From: an uncultured Planctomycetota bacterium
GTDB lineage: Bacteria > Planctomycetota > PLA2 > JAEUHO01
Reading direction: 5' to 3'
NCBI GenBank assembly: GCA_963752285.1
Contig: CAVVXN010000004.1
Location: 185,704 to 249,703, forward strand
Length of the DNA: 64,000 nucleotides
A program made the position numbers and the translations under genes. The notes below the pieces were generated by a model that was not told where the DNA came from, made no database searches, and was given only the letters and a program-made list of their open reading frames with translations. The stretch's first letter is position 1. Each line of letters opens with the position of its first letter. Below, piece by piece: positions 8,797 through 18,046 of this stretch.

Positions 8797-10083
8797 GCGG
8801 AGCGCGCGCGAGAGCGTCAGCAGGAGCCGGTGGGCGCCGGTGCGGACCGAGCGCGCGGTCCGCCACGCGAGCTTCACGTGGTGGCGCTCGACGCGCCGGG
8901 CGAGGTCCGTGGACTCCGTTCGCCACGCGGCCGCCGCGTGGAGGTGGACGGCGGCCAGCGAGCGCGCCGTCGTCCGGCGCCACGCCGTGAAGCCGCGACG
9001 TTCGCCCCGGCGCGCCAGCGCGCCGAGCACGACCGCCGTCCAGGCGCGGCGGAAGAGGAGATCGGACGCCTCGAGCGTCGGCGGGGCGGACGCGACCTCG
9101 CGCGGGCTCGGGGCGGTCGCCCCAGGGTCTCCCGTCGGCGGCGCGCGGCGCGGCGGCGTGCGGGGCGGCGGCGCGCGCCGCGCGGTGTCGAGCCACGACA
9201 GGGCCTCCGACTCGACGCGGCCGAGGGTCAGCGCTTCGATCGAGGGGTACCGACGGGCGAAAGGATGACGGTCGCCCGGCCAGTCGGGCGCCGCGTCGAT
9301 CACCCGCACCGCCGGGCCCTTCGGCGCGTAGACGCGCGGCTCCGTGGGCCCGAAGAGGAGGAGGCACGGCGTCCCCAGGGCGGCCGCGAGGTGGCTCACG
9401 CCGGAGTCGTTTCCGAGGTACGCGCGGGCGTCGCGGAGCACGCCGAGCAGCGCCTCGGGCGGGAGCGCGAACCGGGCGTCGTGTGCGCGCTCCCATCCGT
9501 CTTCGCTCCGGTCCCGCTCGGTGCCCACCACGGTCAGCCTGTGACCCCGCGCCGCGAGGCGGCCCGCGAGGGCCGCCCAGTGTGGCCAGCGCTTGAAGCG
9601 CGCGGCCGGATCCGAGCCCGCGTGCACGACGAGACTTCCCGAGGCGAGGTCCGACGGTCCCCTCGGAAGCGCGAGCGTGGCCGGCGGCGCGACGTCGAGC
9701 CCGAGCGCGTGGGGGAGCGCGAGGTGGGCGTCCGAGAGACCGTGACGCGCGATGTGGTCCACGAGGACGCGGAGGCCCAGCGGTCGCGGCAGGCGCCGCA
9801 CCGCCTCGCCGGGCCCGTGGCACGCGAGGCCGAGGTCGTACTCGTCCGGATCGACCTGGTGGGCGTCCGTGAGCACGCGGGCGAGCGCCGCGTGGCCGCG
9901 GAAGAGCGCGGCGAGGCTCGTGGCCTCGGGCCGGTTCACCAGGAGGTCCACGTCGAAGCCGAGGAGCCACATCGCGTGGCCAGCCCGCGACGCCACGACG
10001 ACGTCCCCCAACCCGTAGCCGGCCTCGACGAGGAGGCGGGGGCGGTCGTACGTCACGGCGCCCCCGCCCGGTCCCGCGGGCAC
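8782..10083 (-). CDS. Glycosyltransferase family 9 (heptosyltransferase-like)
   Basis: GLGDVV, KRWPHW and YLGNDSGVSHLAAALGTPCLLLFGPT. The start may be GTG 10056. Confidence 0.85.
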   Translation of the reverse strand: MPAGPGGGAVTYDRPRLLVEAGYGLGDVVVASRAGHAMWLLGFDVDLLVNRPEATSLAALFRGHAALARVLTDAHQVDPDEYDLGLACHGPGEAVRRLPRPLGLRVLVDHIARHGLSDAHLALPHALGLDVAPPATLALPRGPSDLASGSLVVHAGSDPAARFKRWPHWAALAGRLAARGHRLTVVGTERDRSEDGWERAHDARFALPPEALLGVLRDARAYLGNDSGVSHLAAALGTPCLLLFGPTEPRVYAPKGPAVRVIDAAPDWPGDRHPFARRYPSIEALTLGRVESEALSWLDTARRAPPPRTPPRRAPPTGDPGATAPSPREVASAPPTLEASDLLFRRAWTAVVLGALARRGERRGFTAWRRTTARSLAAVHLHAAAAWRTESTDLARRVERHHVKLAWRTARSVRTGAHRLLLTLSRALRSHDR

Positions 10084-10122
10084 GCGCCGACTGTCGTCAA
10101 GCGTCGCACCCGCCTCCCGGGG

Positions 10123-11328
10123 TCATCGCGAGATCTGGAGGAGGACCGACACCGACGGGCCGTCGGCGTTCGCGACGACGACGTCCGGAAGGAAGTCGTG
10201 GCTCACGTCGGCCGCCCCCACGCTCAGCGGGGTCGCACCGACGGTGAAGCGCCGCGGCGTCGGCGGCGTGAATTGGCCGGTCCCGAGGCCCAGCGCGACC
10301 TCCACCTCGTTCGTCCCGGGCCGCGTCCAGACCAGGTCGCGACGACCGTCGAAGTCGAGATCGATGGAGACGAGCCCGGCGGGCGCGGGGTCGGCGGGCC
10401 AGGACGTCACGACCGGCGGCGAGAAGGCGCCGTTTCCGAGTCCCGGAAGGCACACGAGCTCGGGGCCGTTCGACGACGGCGCGGCGAGGTCCACGAACCC
10501 GTCGCCGTTGAAGTCGCCCACCGCGACGCGGGAGAGCACGTCGGCGCCCGTGTCGAGGAGGGCGCCGATCTGCGGCACGCCCGCCAGGCTGACGAGCCGG
10601 AGCTCGACCTTCGAGGTGTTCGCGAGCGTCACGACGATGTCGCTCCGGCCGTTCCGGTCGAAGTCCGCGCACGTGACGGCCAGCGGCCCGTCCGGCTCGT
10701 TCAGGATCGGCCCCGGATCCAGGGAGCCGGTGCCGTCGTTCATCATCAGGTTCAGCGTGCCGGCCGAGAGGTCGGCCACGACGAGATCGGGACCGTTCTG
10801 CCCGTCGAAGTCGCCGACGGCGAGCGCCGTGGGTTGGAGGTCGGGCGCGACGGGGAACTCGAACGAGAAGCTGGCGAACACGCGGAAGGACACCTGCGGA
10901 TACACGACGACCACACCGGACGGTTGCATGGTCACGTCGTCGTGACCGGCCACCGCGACGTCCACGCGCCCGTCTCCGTCGAAGTCGGCGAGCCGAACCT
11001 CGGTGGGGTCCGACGGGGCGAGGAAGGGCGAGCCGGGCGCTTCGGTGAAGGTGCCGTCGCCCACGCCGAAGAAGATCGACACCAGGGCCGACGTCCGACT
11101 CGAGACCGCGAGGTCGCCGACGCCGTCTCCGTCGATGTCGCCCACGGCGAGGTTCTCCGGGCCCGCCGGGACAGGGAAGCTCGGAGGGACCGCGGGCGTA
11201 AACGTGCCGGTGCCGGCGATGGTCCTGCCCCCGCCGCCGCCGCCGCATCCGACGGCGACCGCGACGAGGAGGAGGAGCCCCGTCACCCCGCCTCGCCGGA
11301 AGAGAATCGATCCCGATCTGCGAATCAT
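10123..11328 (-). CDS. FG-GAP/VCBS repeat lipoprotein (probable beta-propeller)
   Basis: Lipobox-like VAVGC followed by a poly-Gly stretch and repeated (G/A)D(F/I)DGDG..D motifs. GGAGG precedes the ATG. Confidence 0.85.
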   Translation of the reverse strand: MIRRSGSILFRRGGVTGLLLLVAVAVGCGGGGGGRTIAGTGTFTPAVPPSFPVPAGPENLAVGDIDGDGVGDLAVSSRTSALVSIFFGVGDGTFTEAPGSPFLAPSDPTEVRLADFDGDGRVDVAVAGHDDVTMQPSGVVVVYPQVSFRVFASFSFEFPVAPDLQPTALAVGDFDGQNGPDLVVADLSAGTLNLMMNDGTGSLDPGPILNEPDGPLAVTCADFDRNGRSDIVVTLANTSKVELRLVSLAGVPQIGALLDTGADVLSRVAVGDFNGDGFVDLAAPSSNGPELVCLPGLGNGAFSPPVVTSWPADPAPAGLVSIDLDFDGRRDLVWTRPGTNEVEVALGLGTGQFTPPTPRRFTVGATPLSVGAADVSHDFLPDVVVANADGPSVSVLLQISR

Positions 11329-11422
11329 CGCGAAACCTCCACCGGCCCGGGCGGCAGTCTACCCGAGCGGGATCCGCGCAGCCGGGGTTCCGTCGGTCGT
11401 GCGCCGCCGGGCGCGCCGCGGC

Positions 11423-12289
11423 TCACCCGCAGCAGGCCGAGCGCGCCGCCGGAGGACGCACGGCGCGGACCTTCAGCGAGACGACCGAGCCGAACGCCTG
11501 CTGCTCCGGGCTCTCGGGATCGAGGTCCGCGGGCTCGTACCGGTCCTCCGCGAGGATCTGGACGTCCACGAACCCGGCCTCCTCCAGCATGCGGAGGAAG
11601 TCGCCCTCTAGCGCGGCCCCGGCGACGCAGTCCACGTAGAGCGCCGCGCGTTCGCAAAGGGATGCGTCGAGCGGCCGCGTGAGGACCAGGTCGCTCACGA
11701 CGAGCCGGCCCCCGGGCTTCAAGACCCGCAGGGCCTCGCGGAGCACCTGGGGCTTGTCGGGCGACAGGTTCACCACGCAGTTCGAGACGATCAGGTCGAT
11801 CGACGCGTCGGCCACCGGCAGGTGCTCGATCTCGCCGAGGCGGAAGGTCACGTTCGCGAGCCCTTCGCGCGACGCGATCTCCCGGGCGCGGGCGAGCATG
11901 GACGGGGTCATGTCCACGCCGATGACCCGTCCCGTGTCTCCGACCCGGCGCGCGGCGAGGAAGCAGTCGATGCCGGCGCCCGAACCCAGGTCGAGCACGG
12001 TCTCGCCGGGCCGCACGTCGGCAAGCGCGACCGGGTTGCCACAGCCCAGGCCGAGGTTGGCGCCGTCCGGCAGGGCCGCGGCATCGTCGCCGTCGTACCC
12101 GATGCGGGGAAGGACCGCGTCCGGGTCCGCCTTTCCGCAACACCCGCCCACGGCGGAGGGGCGCCGATCGGCGATCGCGCCGTAGTGCTCGCGGACGGTG
12201 GCGCGGAGCGCGTCGTCGGACGCGGGGCGCGCGGCGTCCTTCCCCGCGCCGCCGCAGCAGGAGGAGGAAGGGGAGGCCGGTCGTTCCAT
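11423..12289 (-). CDS. arsM: Arsenite S-adenosylmethyltransferase
   Basis: GLGCGNP, VLDLGSGAGIDCFLAA, IGVDMT, SNCVVNL and DCVAGA, with Cys-Cys pairs at both termini. Confidence 0.88.
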   Translation of the reverse strand: MERPASPSSSCCGGAGKDAARPASDDALRATVREHYGAIADRRPSAVGGCCGKADPDAVLPRIGYDGDDAAALPDGANLGLGCGNPVALADVRPGETVLDLGSGAGIDCFLAARRVGDTGRVIGVDMTPSMLARAREIASREGLANVTFRLGEIEHLPVADASIDLIVSNCVVNLSPDKPQVLREALRVLKPGGRLVVSDLVLTRPLDASLCERAALYVDCVAGAALEGDFLRMLEEAGFVDVQILAEDRYEPADLDPESPEQQAFGSVVSLKVRAVRPPAARSACCG

Positions 12290-12302
12290 CGCGAGGCTCC
12301 TA

Positions 12303-12335
12303 CGACGTTCTGCCGACGTTCTGCCGACGTTCTGC
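12303..12335. repeat. Perfect 3x11-bp tandem repeat (CGACGTTCTGC) just upstream of arsM
   Basis: Read directly. It lies between a minus-strand TAGAGT hexamer and the AGGAG ribosome-binding site. Confidence 0.85.
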
Positions 12336-12394
12336 TCGTCTTCGTGACTCTACGCGCCGCGCGGCGGCGCGCCGCGCCCGCGCCGACCGGGTGG

Positions 12395-14038
12395 TCAGTG
12401 GGGGAGCACGACGCGGACCGCGCCGTCGGCGTCGTCGCCCTCGGCCTCGGCGCGGAGGACCACGCCCTCCTTCGGCAGCGTGTCGGGCAGCGAGAGCCTG
12501 ACGGAAAACGTCCCACCCTTCGCCGTCGTAACGGCCTCGACGATCGTCCGGTCGTTCGCGCGCCTCCGTCGGGCGAGGATCGCGGCGTCGCGCGCGGGCC
12601 CCTCCGCCTCGGGGATCGGCGGGGCGTCCGGCGGCTCTACGCCGAACGGACGCTCGACCGCGACGCGGACGCGCACGTCGTGGTACGCGAGACGCTTCGG
12701 CAGCGTCCCCGAGACCTCGATCGACGCGGCGAGGTCGCCGATGCCGAGGGCGATCTCGGGCGGCTCGAGCGGCAGCTCCAGCGCGGGGTCGCCGAGGAGC
12801 ATCCACATCTCGAGGTGCTCCTGGCGCACGACCTCGAGCGGCAGCTTTCCCCCCGAGCCGTCCGCGTGGTCGTAGAGCCACCAGATCAGCGGGCTGATCG
12901 GACCCTTCCCGATCCCGCGCTTCATCGCGAGGTACCAGTCGCCGAGCCGACGAGGCGGGTCCGACGCGGCGAGGAGCGGGAGGAGGCCCTCGAACGCGAG
13001 CTTCCCCATCGCGCCGTCGCTCACGACGTGTGCGCCGACGACCGCGACGGGCCCGTGCGGAGCGCGGAGCGCGGCGAGACCGTACCCCTCGCCGTCCCAC
13101 CCCGTGAGCTGGCACGTGTGGCATCCGCAGCTCAAGAGCACGCCGGCGGTGCCGCGCGGGGAGAGCCCGCTCCAGTCCTCGGTCGTGAAGAACCGGCGCC
13201 CGGACCAGAGCGCCCTCGCGTTCGAGTGCCCGAGGTAGACGGTGAAGAGCTGCCCCCCGTTCACGAGGTCCACGCTCTCCTTCTCGAGCGCTTCGTCGGG
13301 CACGAAGAACGGAGACCCCGGGACGTGGACGAGCGCGCGCGGGTACCAGATCGAGCCGAGCTTCTCGAATCGCGCGCTGACCTCGTGGTCGACGATGTAC
13401 GCGGCGAGCTTCCGCTCGATCGGCGTCGTGCCGCCCGGGTTCCCGACGATCAGCGAGATCCGCCGCCGCCAGGGCCGGGGCGCGAGCTGCGCCTCGAAGA
13501 CGATCGTCTTCTCGACCATCGTCTTCGCCTGCTCCACGGTGCGCGCGGGGAACCGACCGACGGCGATCTCGGGCAGACGGTCGTCGTCGAGCGAGCCGTA
13601 CGGGTTGTCCGTGGGCTCCCCGCGCATCTTCTCGACCGTGCCCGAGAACGCCGGAACGACCGTGTCCGGGTCCGGGAGGCTCGGCGCGTCCTTCGCCGCG
13701 GCGCCCGACGTCGCCGGCACCGGCGGCGCGTCGATCGTGCCCACGAGGAGGACCCAGCAGTCGGGTCCGGCCGCGCGCGCGAGCTCGTCGATGCGCGCAC
13801 GCACGCGCGCGGCGTCCGGCGCCTCGCCCGACGGACCCCTCAGGTCCGCGAGGTCCACGACCTCCACGTGACACGTCTCGCGGCGGTGCTCGACCAGCGG
13901 CTCGATCGCCTCGCGGAACGCCGGCGCCGTCACGACGATCCAGGTGGGCTCGTCCTTCGCGCCGGATCTCGGCGCGAGCGTCGCGACGAGGAGGACCGCG
14001 GTCGCGATCCGAGCGAGGATCCGGGTGGTCGTCCTCAT
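12395..14038 (-). CDS. Secreted peptidase C25 (gingipain) family protein
   Basis: Signal peptide, VLLVG, TDNPYG..DDD.LPEIAVGRFPAR, YLGHS, SCGC and LLGDP. Confidence 0.82.
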   Translation of the reverse strand: MRTTTRILARIATAVLLVATLAPRSGAKDEPTWIVVTAPAFREAIEPLVEHRRETCHVEVVDLADLRGPSGEAPDAARVRARIDELARAAGPDCWVLLVGTIDAPPVPATSGAAAKDAPSLPDPDTVVPAFSGTVEKMRGEPTDNPYGSLDDDRLPEIAVGRFPARTVEQAKTMVEKTIVFEAQLAPRPWRRRISLIVGNPGGTTPIERKLAAYIVDHEVSARFEKLGSIWYPRALVHVPGSPFFVPDEALEKESVDLVNGGQLFTVYLGHSNARALWSGRRFFTTEDWSGLSPRGTAGVLLSCGCHTCQLTGWDGEGYGLAALRAPHGPVAVVGAHVVSDGAMGKLAFEGLLPLLAASDPPRRLGDWYLAMKRGIGKGPISPLIWWLYDHADGSGGKLPLEVVRQEHLEMWMLLGDPALELPLEPPEIALGIGDLAASIEVSGTLPKRLAYHDVRVRVAVERPFGVEPPDAPPIPEAEGPARDAAILARRRRANDRTIVEAVTTAKGGTFSVRLSLPDTLPKEGVVLRAEAEGDDADGAVRVVLPH

Positions 14039-14097
14039 CCGCTTCCTCCGTCCAGGTTCACGTCCCGGACTCTACGACGATCGCGAGGCGCGCGCCG

Positions 14098-15786
14098 TCA
14101 GGGTGGACCGCGCGCCGCCGAGTCGGCGAGCGGTTGGTTCGTGAGCACCGCGTAGCCCGCGCCCGTCGCCACGACCCACGTGGGAAGGTCGCCGAAGTAC
14201 GTCTCGGGGTCGTGGGTGCGGACGAGCAGGAACCGGCGCTCCGGCGCGAAGAACCACGCACGGACGGCCTCCTTGGGGAGGAAGAGGTCGGGGCGGGATC
14301 GCTCGGGCGGGACCACCATCGCGTCCGACGGGAACCCGAAGTAGCGCACGTGCTCCCTCGCGAACCAGGGGAGGAGGCCCCAGTCCCCGGAATACGGCAG
14401 CTCCGCGCCGAGCTCGTCGCCCGGCGTGCGGTGGCGTTCGATCGCCTGCCAGAGCGGCTTTCCCGCGCGGACGAGGAGCGGCTCCTGCGCGAGGAGCGCG
14501 CCGGCCGCGAGGAGCATCGCCGCCGTCGCGAGGGCCGCGCGGCCGATGGTGCCACGTCGCGCGCGGCGGGGGGTGGGTGCGAGCGCGGCGACGAGCGCCC
14601 CGCCGGCCGCGACCGCGCCGACGGCGAGCGTCGCGGCGTCCGTGTGGCGCGCGACCATCGCGATGACGACACCGAGGCACGCGACCGACACGCCGATCGT
14701 GGCGAGCGCGAGCTGGCGTCCCCAGGCCGCGTCGTCCTCCGCCGCGCCCGTCGCGCCGCGCGCGGGAAGCCCGAGCGCCACGAGGAGGGCGACCCACGGG
14801 AAGGCGGGCGACGCGTACGACACGAGCCGGCTTCTCGAGAAGGTGAAGAGAACGGGCGCCGCGAGGGCCAGCGCCGCCGCCACGACGCCGGGGCCGCGAA
14901 GCCACCGCCCCTCGCGCCGGAGCCGGCCGATCGACGGCACGAGCGCGGCGAGCCAGGGGAAGGTGCCGAGGAGCGGGATCCAGACCACCCAGACGGGTCT
15001 CGCGTGGAAGTCGGCGCTCGAGGCGAGGCCGCCGAAGAGGCGGCGGCGAACGAGCGCGTCGAGCAGCCCCGGGATCCGCGCGTCGGCCGCGAGGTACCAC
15101 GGGACGGAGACCGCGAGGAGCAGCAGGAGGCCCGCCGGGTTCACGAACGGCCGGAGGATCCGCGCGTCGCGGCGGACCGCGGCTACCACGAGGGCCGCGC
15201 CGAGGACGAGCGCGAGCGCGAGCGGCCCCTTCGCGAGCATGCCGAGGCCCAGCGCGCCGTGCAGGAGGAGGACGGGGCCCCACCCGGCCCGCCCGCCCGC
15301 GCGGTCGGCCTCGAGGAGCGCGAGGCCCGCGAGCGTCGTCGAGAGCACGAGCCACACGTCCGTCGAGATCGTCGTGGCCTGCGCCACGAACGAGGGCATG
15401 GTCGCGAGCGCGAGGGCCGCGACCAGGCCGCGTCGCGTCGCGGCGGCGTGGCCTTCCACCGCGGGAGAGAGCCGTCGCGCCCCGATCGCGATCGCGAGGA
15501 CCGTGAGGACGCCGGCGAGGAGCGAGGGGACGCGCGCCGCGGCGTCGCCGACGCCGAGCACCAGGAAGGTGAGCGCGAGGGCCCAGGGCGCGAGCGGCGG
15601 CTTCTCGACGTGGGGCGCGCCGTCGAGCGTCGGGACGACGAGATCGCCCGAGGCGTACATCTCGCGGCCCATCTCGGCGTAGCGGGTCTCGGTGCTCGTG
15701 GCGGGCCCGAGGAGAGCGCCGAGGGCCAGCGCGCCGCCGAGGAGCACGGGGGCGAGCCCGATCAGCAGCAGTCCCGGTCGCGCCAC
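14098..15786 (-). CDS. ArnT/PMT-like lipid-linked-sugar glycosyltransferase
   Basis: ETRYAEMGREMY.SGDLVVPTLDG....EKPPL, LAKGPL and many TM helices. Start re-called to GTG 15786 (ORF track gives 15867). Confidence 0.82.
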   Translation of the reverse strand: MARPGLLLIGLAPVLLGGALALGALLGPATSTETRYAEMGREMYASGDLVVPTLDGAPHVEKPPLAPWALALTFLVLGVGDAAARVPSLLAGVLTVLAIAIGARRLSPAVEGHAAATRRGLVAALALATMPSFVAQATTISTDVWLVLSTTLAGLALLEADRAGGRAGWGPVLLLHGALGLGMLAKGPLALALVLGAALVVAAVRRDARILRPFVNPAGLLLLLAVSVPWYLAADARIPGLLDALVRRRLFGGLASSADFHARPVWVVWIPLLGTFPWLAALVPSIGRLRREGRWLRGPGVVAAALALAAPVLFTFSRSRLVSYASPAFPWVALLVALGLPARGATGAAEDDAAWGRQLALATIGVSVACLGVVIAMVARHTDAATLAVGAVAAGGALVAALAPTPRRARRGTIGRAALATAAMLLAAGALLAQEPLLVRAGKPLWQAIERHRTPGDELGAELPYSGDWGLLPWFAREHVRYFGFPSDAMVVPPERSRPDLFLPKEAVRAWFFAPERRFLLVRTHDPETYFGDLPTWVVATGAGYAVLTNQPLADSAARGPP

Positions 15787-15937
15787 GTTGCGGAATACTA
15801 CGCGATCGGGCCCACGGCGAGGGCCCCGGCCTCCGACCGGCCCCGTGCCGGAGGTCCGGCGAGGCACCGCGTCGGCTTCGGTGCTCTCGCCCTCGGGCTG
15901 GACGAGCCTCCGCCCCGGCGCCTAGGATTCGCCGCCC

Positions 15938-18046
15938 ATGCCGCCTTGGTCGCCCCCGGTCCTCGCGACGCTCGCGCTGGTCCTCACGGGCCTCGTCGGG
16001 TCCCCCGCGGCGCGCGCCGGCGACACCGAGGTCCTCGAAGACCCGGGGTACCGCCTTGAGCTGATCCGGCCCGCGCCGGACTGGGACCTCCTCGACGAGA
16101 GGGACGCCGTGAGCCTCGTCTCGAGTGCGCGCCTCGGCGCGACCGGTCCGGGCGCGAGCCTCTGCGTCGTGACGACGCAGCCGTGGCTCGGAGGGGACCT
16201 CGCGACGTGGGCGCGCGCCCTCTTCGCCCAGACGCCTCTCCCGGGCGCCGAGATCGCGGACGTCGGGTCGCTCGACTACCAGGGCGTTCCCGCCGCTCGC
16301 CGGCATGCACGCTGGACGTCGAACGGCGCCGAGATGGACCAGGAGACCACCCTCTTCGTGCGCGGCGACGTGCTCTTCCAGGTCCTCTGTCAGGCGCCGC
16401 GCGCGACGGTTGCCCCGATGCGCCTGCCGGGTCTCGCCAGCGCGTCCTACTACCCCCGCGATCAGGTCGAGTCGTACTTCCGCGTCTTCCACGCGGCGCT
16501 CACGCTCCTGCCCGGGGACGTGGTGTCGCGCCCGCCGCTCGCGCCGGAGCGCGCGGACCGACGCGGGGTCGGGTGGCGGATCCGGGACGGACGCTACGAG
16601 AACGCGGCCTACGCGTTCGCCGTCACGCCTCCCGCGGGGTGGGCCTTCGTGGACGAGAGGGAGCGTGCGGCGCTCCCGATCCCCGCGGAGCTCGCGCTCG
16701 TGCACGTCGCGACGGGCGCCCTCGTCGTCGTGGTGACGGAGCGCCCCGTTGGGTTCGACGCCCCGGCGTACGACGCGTCGGTTCGCTCCCGCTTCGAGAA
16801 CCGGCTCGAGGAGCACGCCCAGGGCGAGCCCCTCCACGCGACGTTCCTCGGCGCGCCCCTCGCGCTGGCGCGCCTCCCCGGGCGCGGTCCGGCGCCCGTG
16901 GAGATCGCCGTGGGGACGCGCGTCTCGCCGAAGACGTGCTACTGGGTCGTGACGTTCCTTCCGGAGCGGAACCGCGCCGACGGGGCGCGCGCCGTGTCGG
17001 ACGCGATCGCTGCGTTCCAGTCGCTCTCCGCCGAGGCGGCGGCCGCGCTCGCCCGCGAGCTCGCCGCCCTCCCCGATCCGCAGGAGGCCGTCGGTCCGAC
17101 GACGTCGCTGCGGGCCGGCGTCTGGCGGAACCACGCGCTCGGCGTGGTGTGGAAGAAGCCGTCGCCGGCGTGGCGCGTGTCGATCGATCCCACGGCGGGC
17201 CCGGGGGGGCACTTCGAGGACCTCGCGAGCGGCATGCAGATCGTGTTCGGCGTACAGGACGTCGTGGTCCCGGCGTGGGCCGCTGGTCCGACCGGGTCGG
17301 ACGACGACGCCTGGTACCACCAGCAGGCGCTCCAGGGGCTCGACGCGACCCCGGTCCACTACCACGCCCGCGCCAAGGCGACCGAGCTCGCGGGTCTCCC
17401 CGCGCTGGGCTCCATCGCGGACGCGCCCGTCGCCGGCGCCGACGGCCCCCGCCTCCTCGAGGTCGTCGTGACCGCGAAGCACGACGACCACCACCTCGTC
17501 TTCCGAGCCGAGGCCCCGCTGCTCGAGGTGGAACAGGTCCAGACCAACGGTCAGGCCGCCCTCGACGGCTTCGAGCTCCCGGCCGACGGCTGCCCCGCCG
17601 AACGAGGCGACGCGCACCACGTCGAGGACCTCCGCCTGGGCTTCTCCTTCTCGGTCCCACCCGACGGATGGGTGCTCCGCCAGGAGACGCCGGGCTTCCT
17701 CCGGGCGAACGGCACGATGCTCCAGGCGCTCGGTCCCGCGCAGACCGTCGTCGTCGCGGCCGTCGCGGACACGATCAGCGAGCGCCTCGCGCGGCGATCG
17801 ATCGTGCGGGCGATCACCGGTCTGCTCGACGCCACGTTCCAGGGCATCGGCGAGAGCGCCGTCGAGGAGGCGACGCTCGCGGGCCTCGTTGCCGAGCGAC
17901 ACACGTGGCGCGTGGGAGCGCGGCGATTCGACCTCTTGCTCGCGACGCGCGGCGCCACGCTCTATGCCGTGGGCGTGTTCTCCCGACCGGAGGGCGGGGG
18001 ACTCGGACTCGACGACCTCGCGAAGCGCTTCGCGCTGCTGCCCTGA
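15938..18046 (+). CDS. Secreted hypothetical protein with four tandem PsbP/Mog1-like repeats
   Basis: Signal peptide ending ARA. Four units begin EDPGYRLELIRPAPDW, ENAAYAFAVTPPAGW, RNHALGVVWKKPSPAW and EDLRLGFSFSVPPDGW. The fold is inferred. Confidence 0.7.
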   Translation: MPPWSPPVLATLALVLTGLVGSPAARAGDTEVLEDPGYRLELIRPAPDWDLLDERDAVSLVSSARLGATGPGASLCVVTTQPWLGGDLATWARALFAQTPLPGAEIADVGSLDYQGVPAARRHARWTSNGAEMDQETTLFVRGDVLFQVLCQAPRATVAPMRLPGLASASYYPRDQVESYFRVFHAALTLLPGDVVSRPPLAPERADRRGVGWRIRDGRYENAAYAFAVTPPAGWAFVDERERAALPIPAELALVHVATGALVVVVTERPVGFDAPAYDASVRSRFENRLEEHAQGEPLHATFLGAPLALARLPGRGPAPVEIAVGTRVSPKTCYWVVTFLPERNRADGARAVSDAIAAFQSLSAEAAAALARELAALPDPQEAVGPTTSLRAGVWRNHALGVVWKKPSPAWRVSIDPTAGPGGHFEDLASGMQIVFGVQDVVVPAWAAGPTGSDDDAWYHQQALQGLDATPVHYHARAKATELAGLPALGSIADAPVAGADGPRLLEVVVTAKHDDHHLVFRAEAPLLEVEQVQTNGQAALDGFELPADGCPAERGDAHHVEDLRLGFSFSVPPDGWVLRQETPGFLRANGTMLQALGPAQTVVVAAVADTISERLARRSIVRAITGLLDATFQGIGESAVEEATLAGLVAERHTWRVGARRFDLLLATRGATLYAVGVFSRPEGGGLGLDDLAKRFALLP

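Noticed and set aside
16183..18045. N-terminal 621 aa of the 1777-aa ORF as part of the TIR protein
   Set aside because: It is an alternative frame of the 15938-18046 gene. Protein-like sequence starts at ATG 18046.
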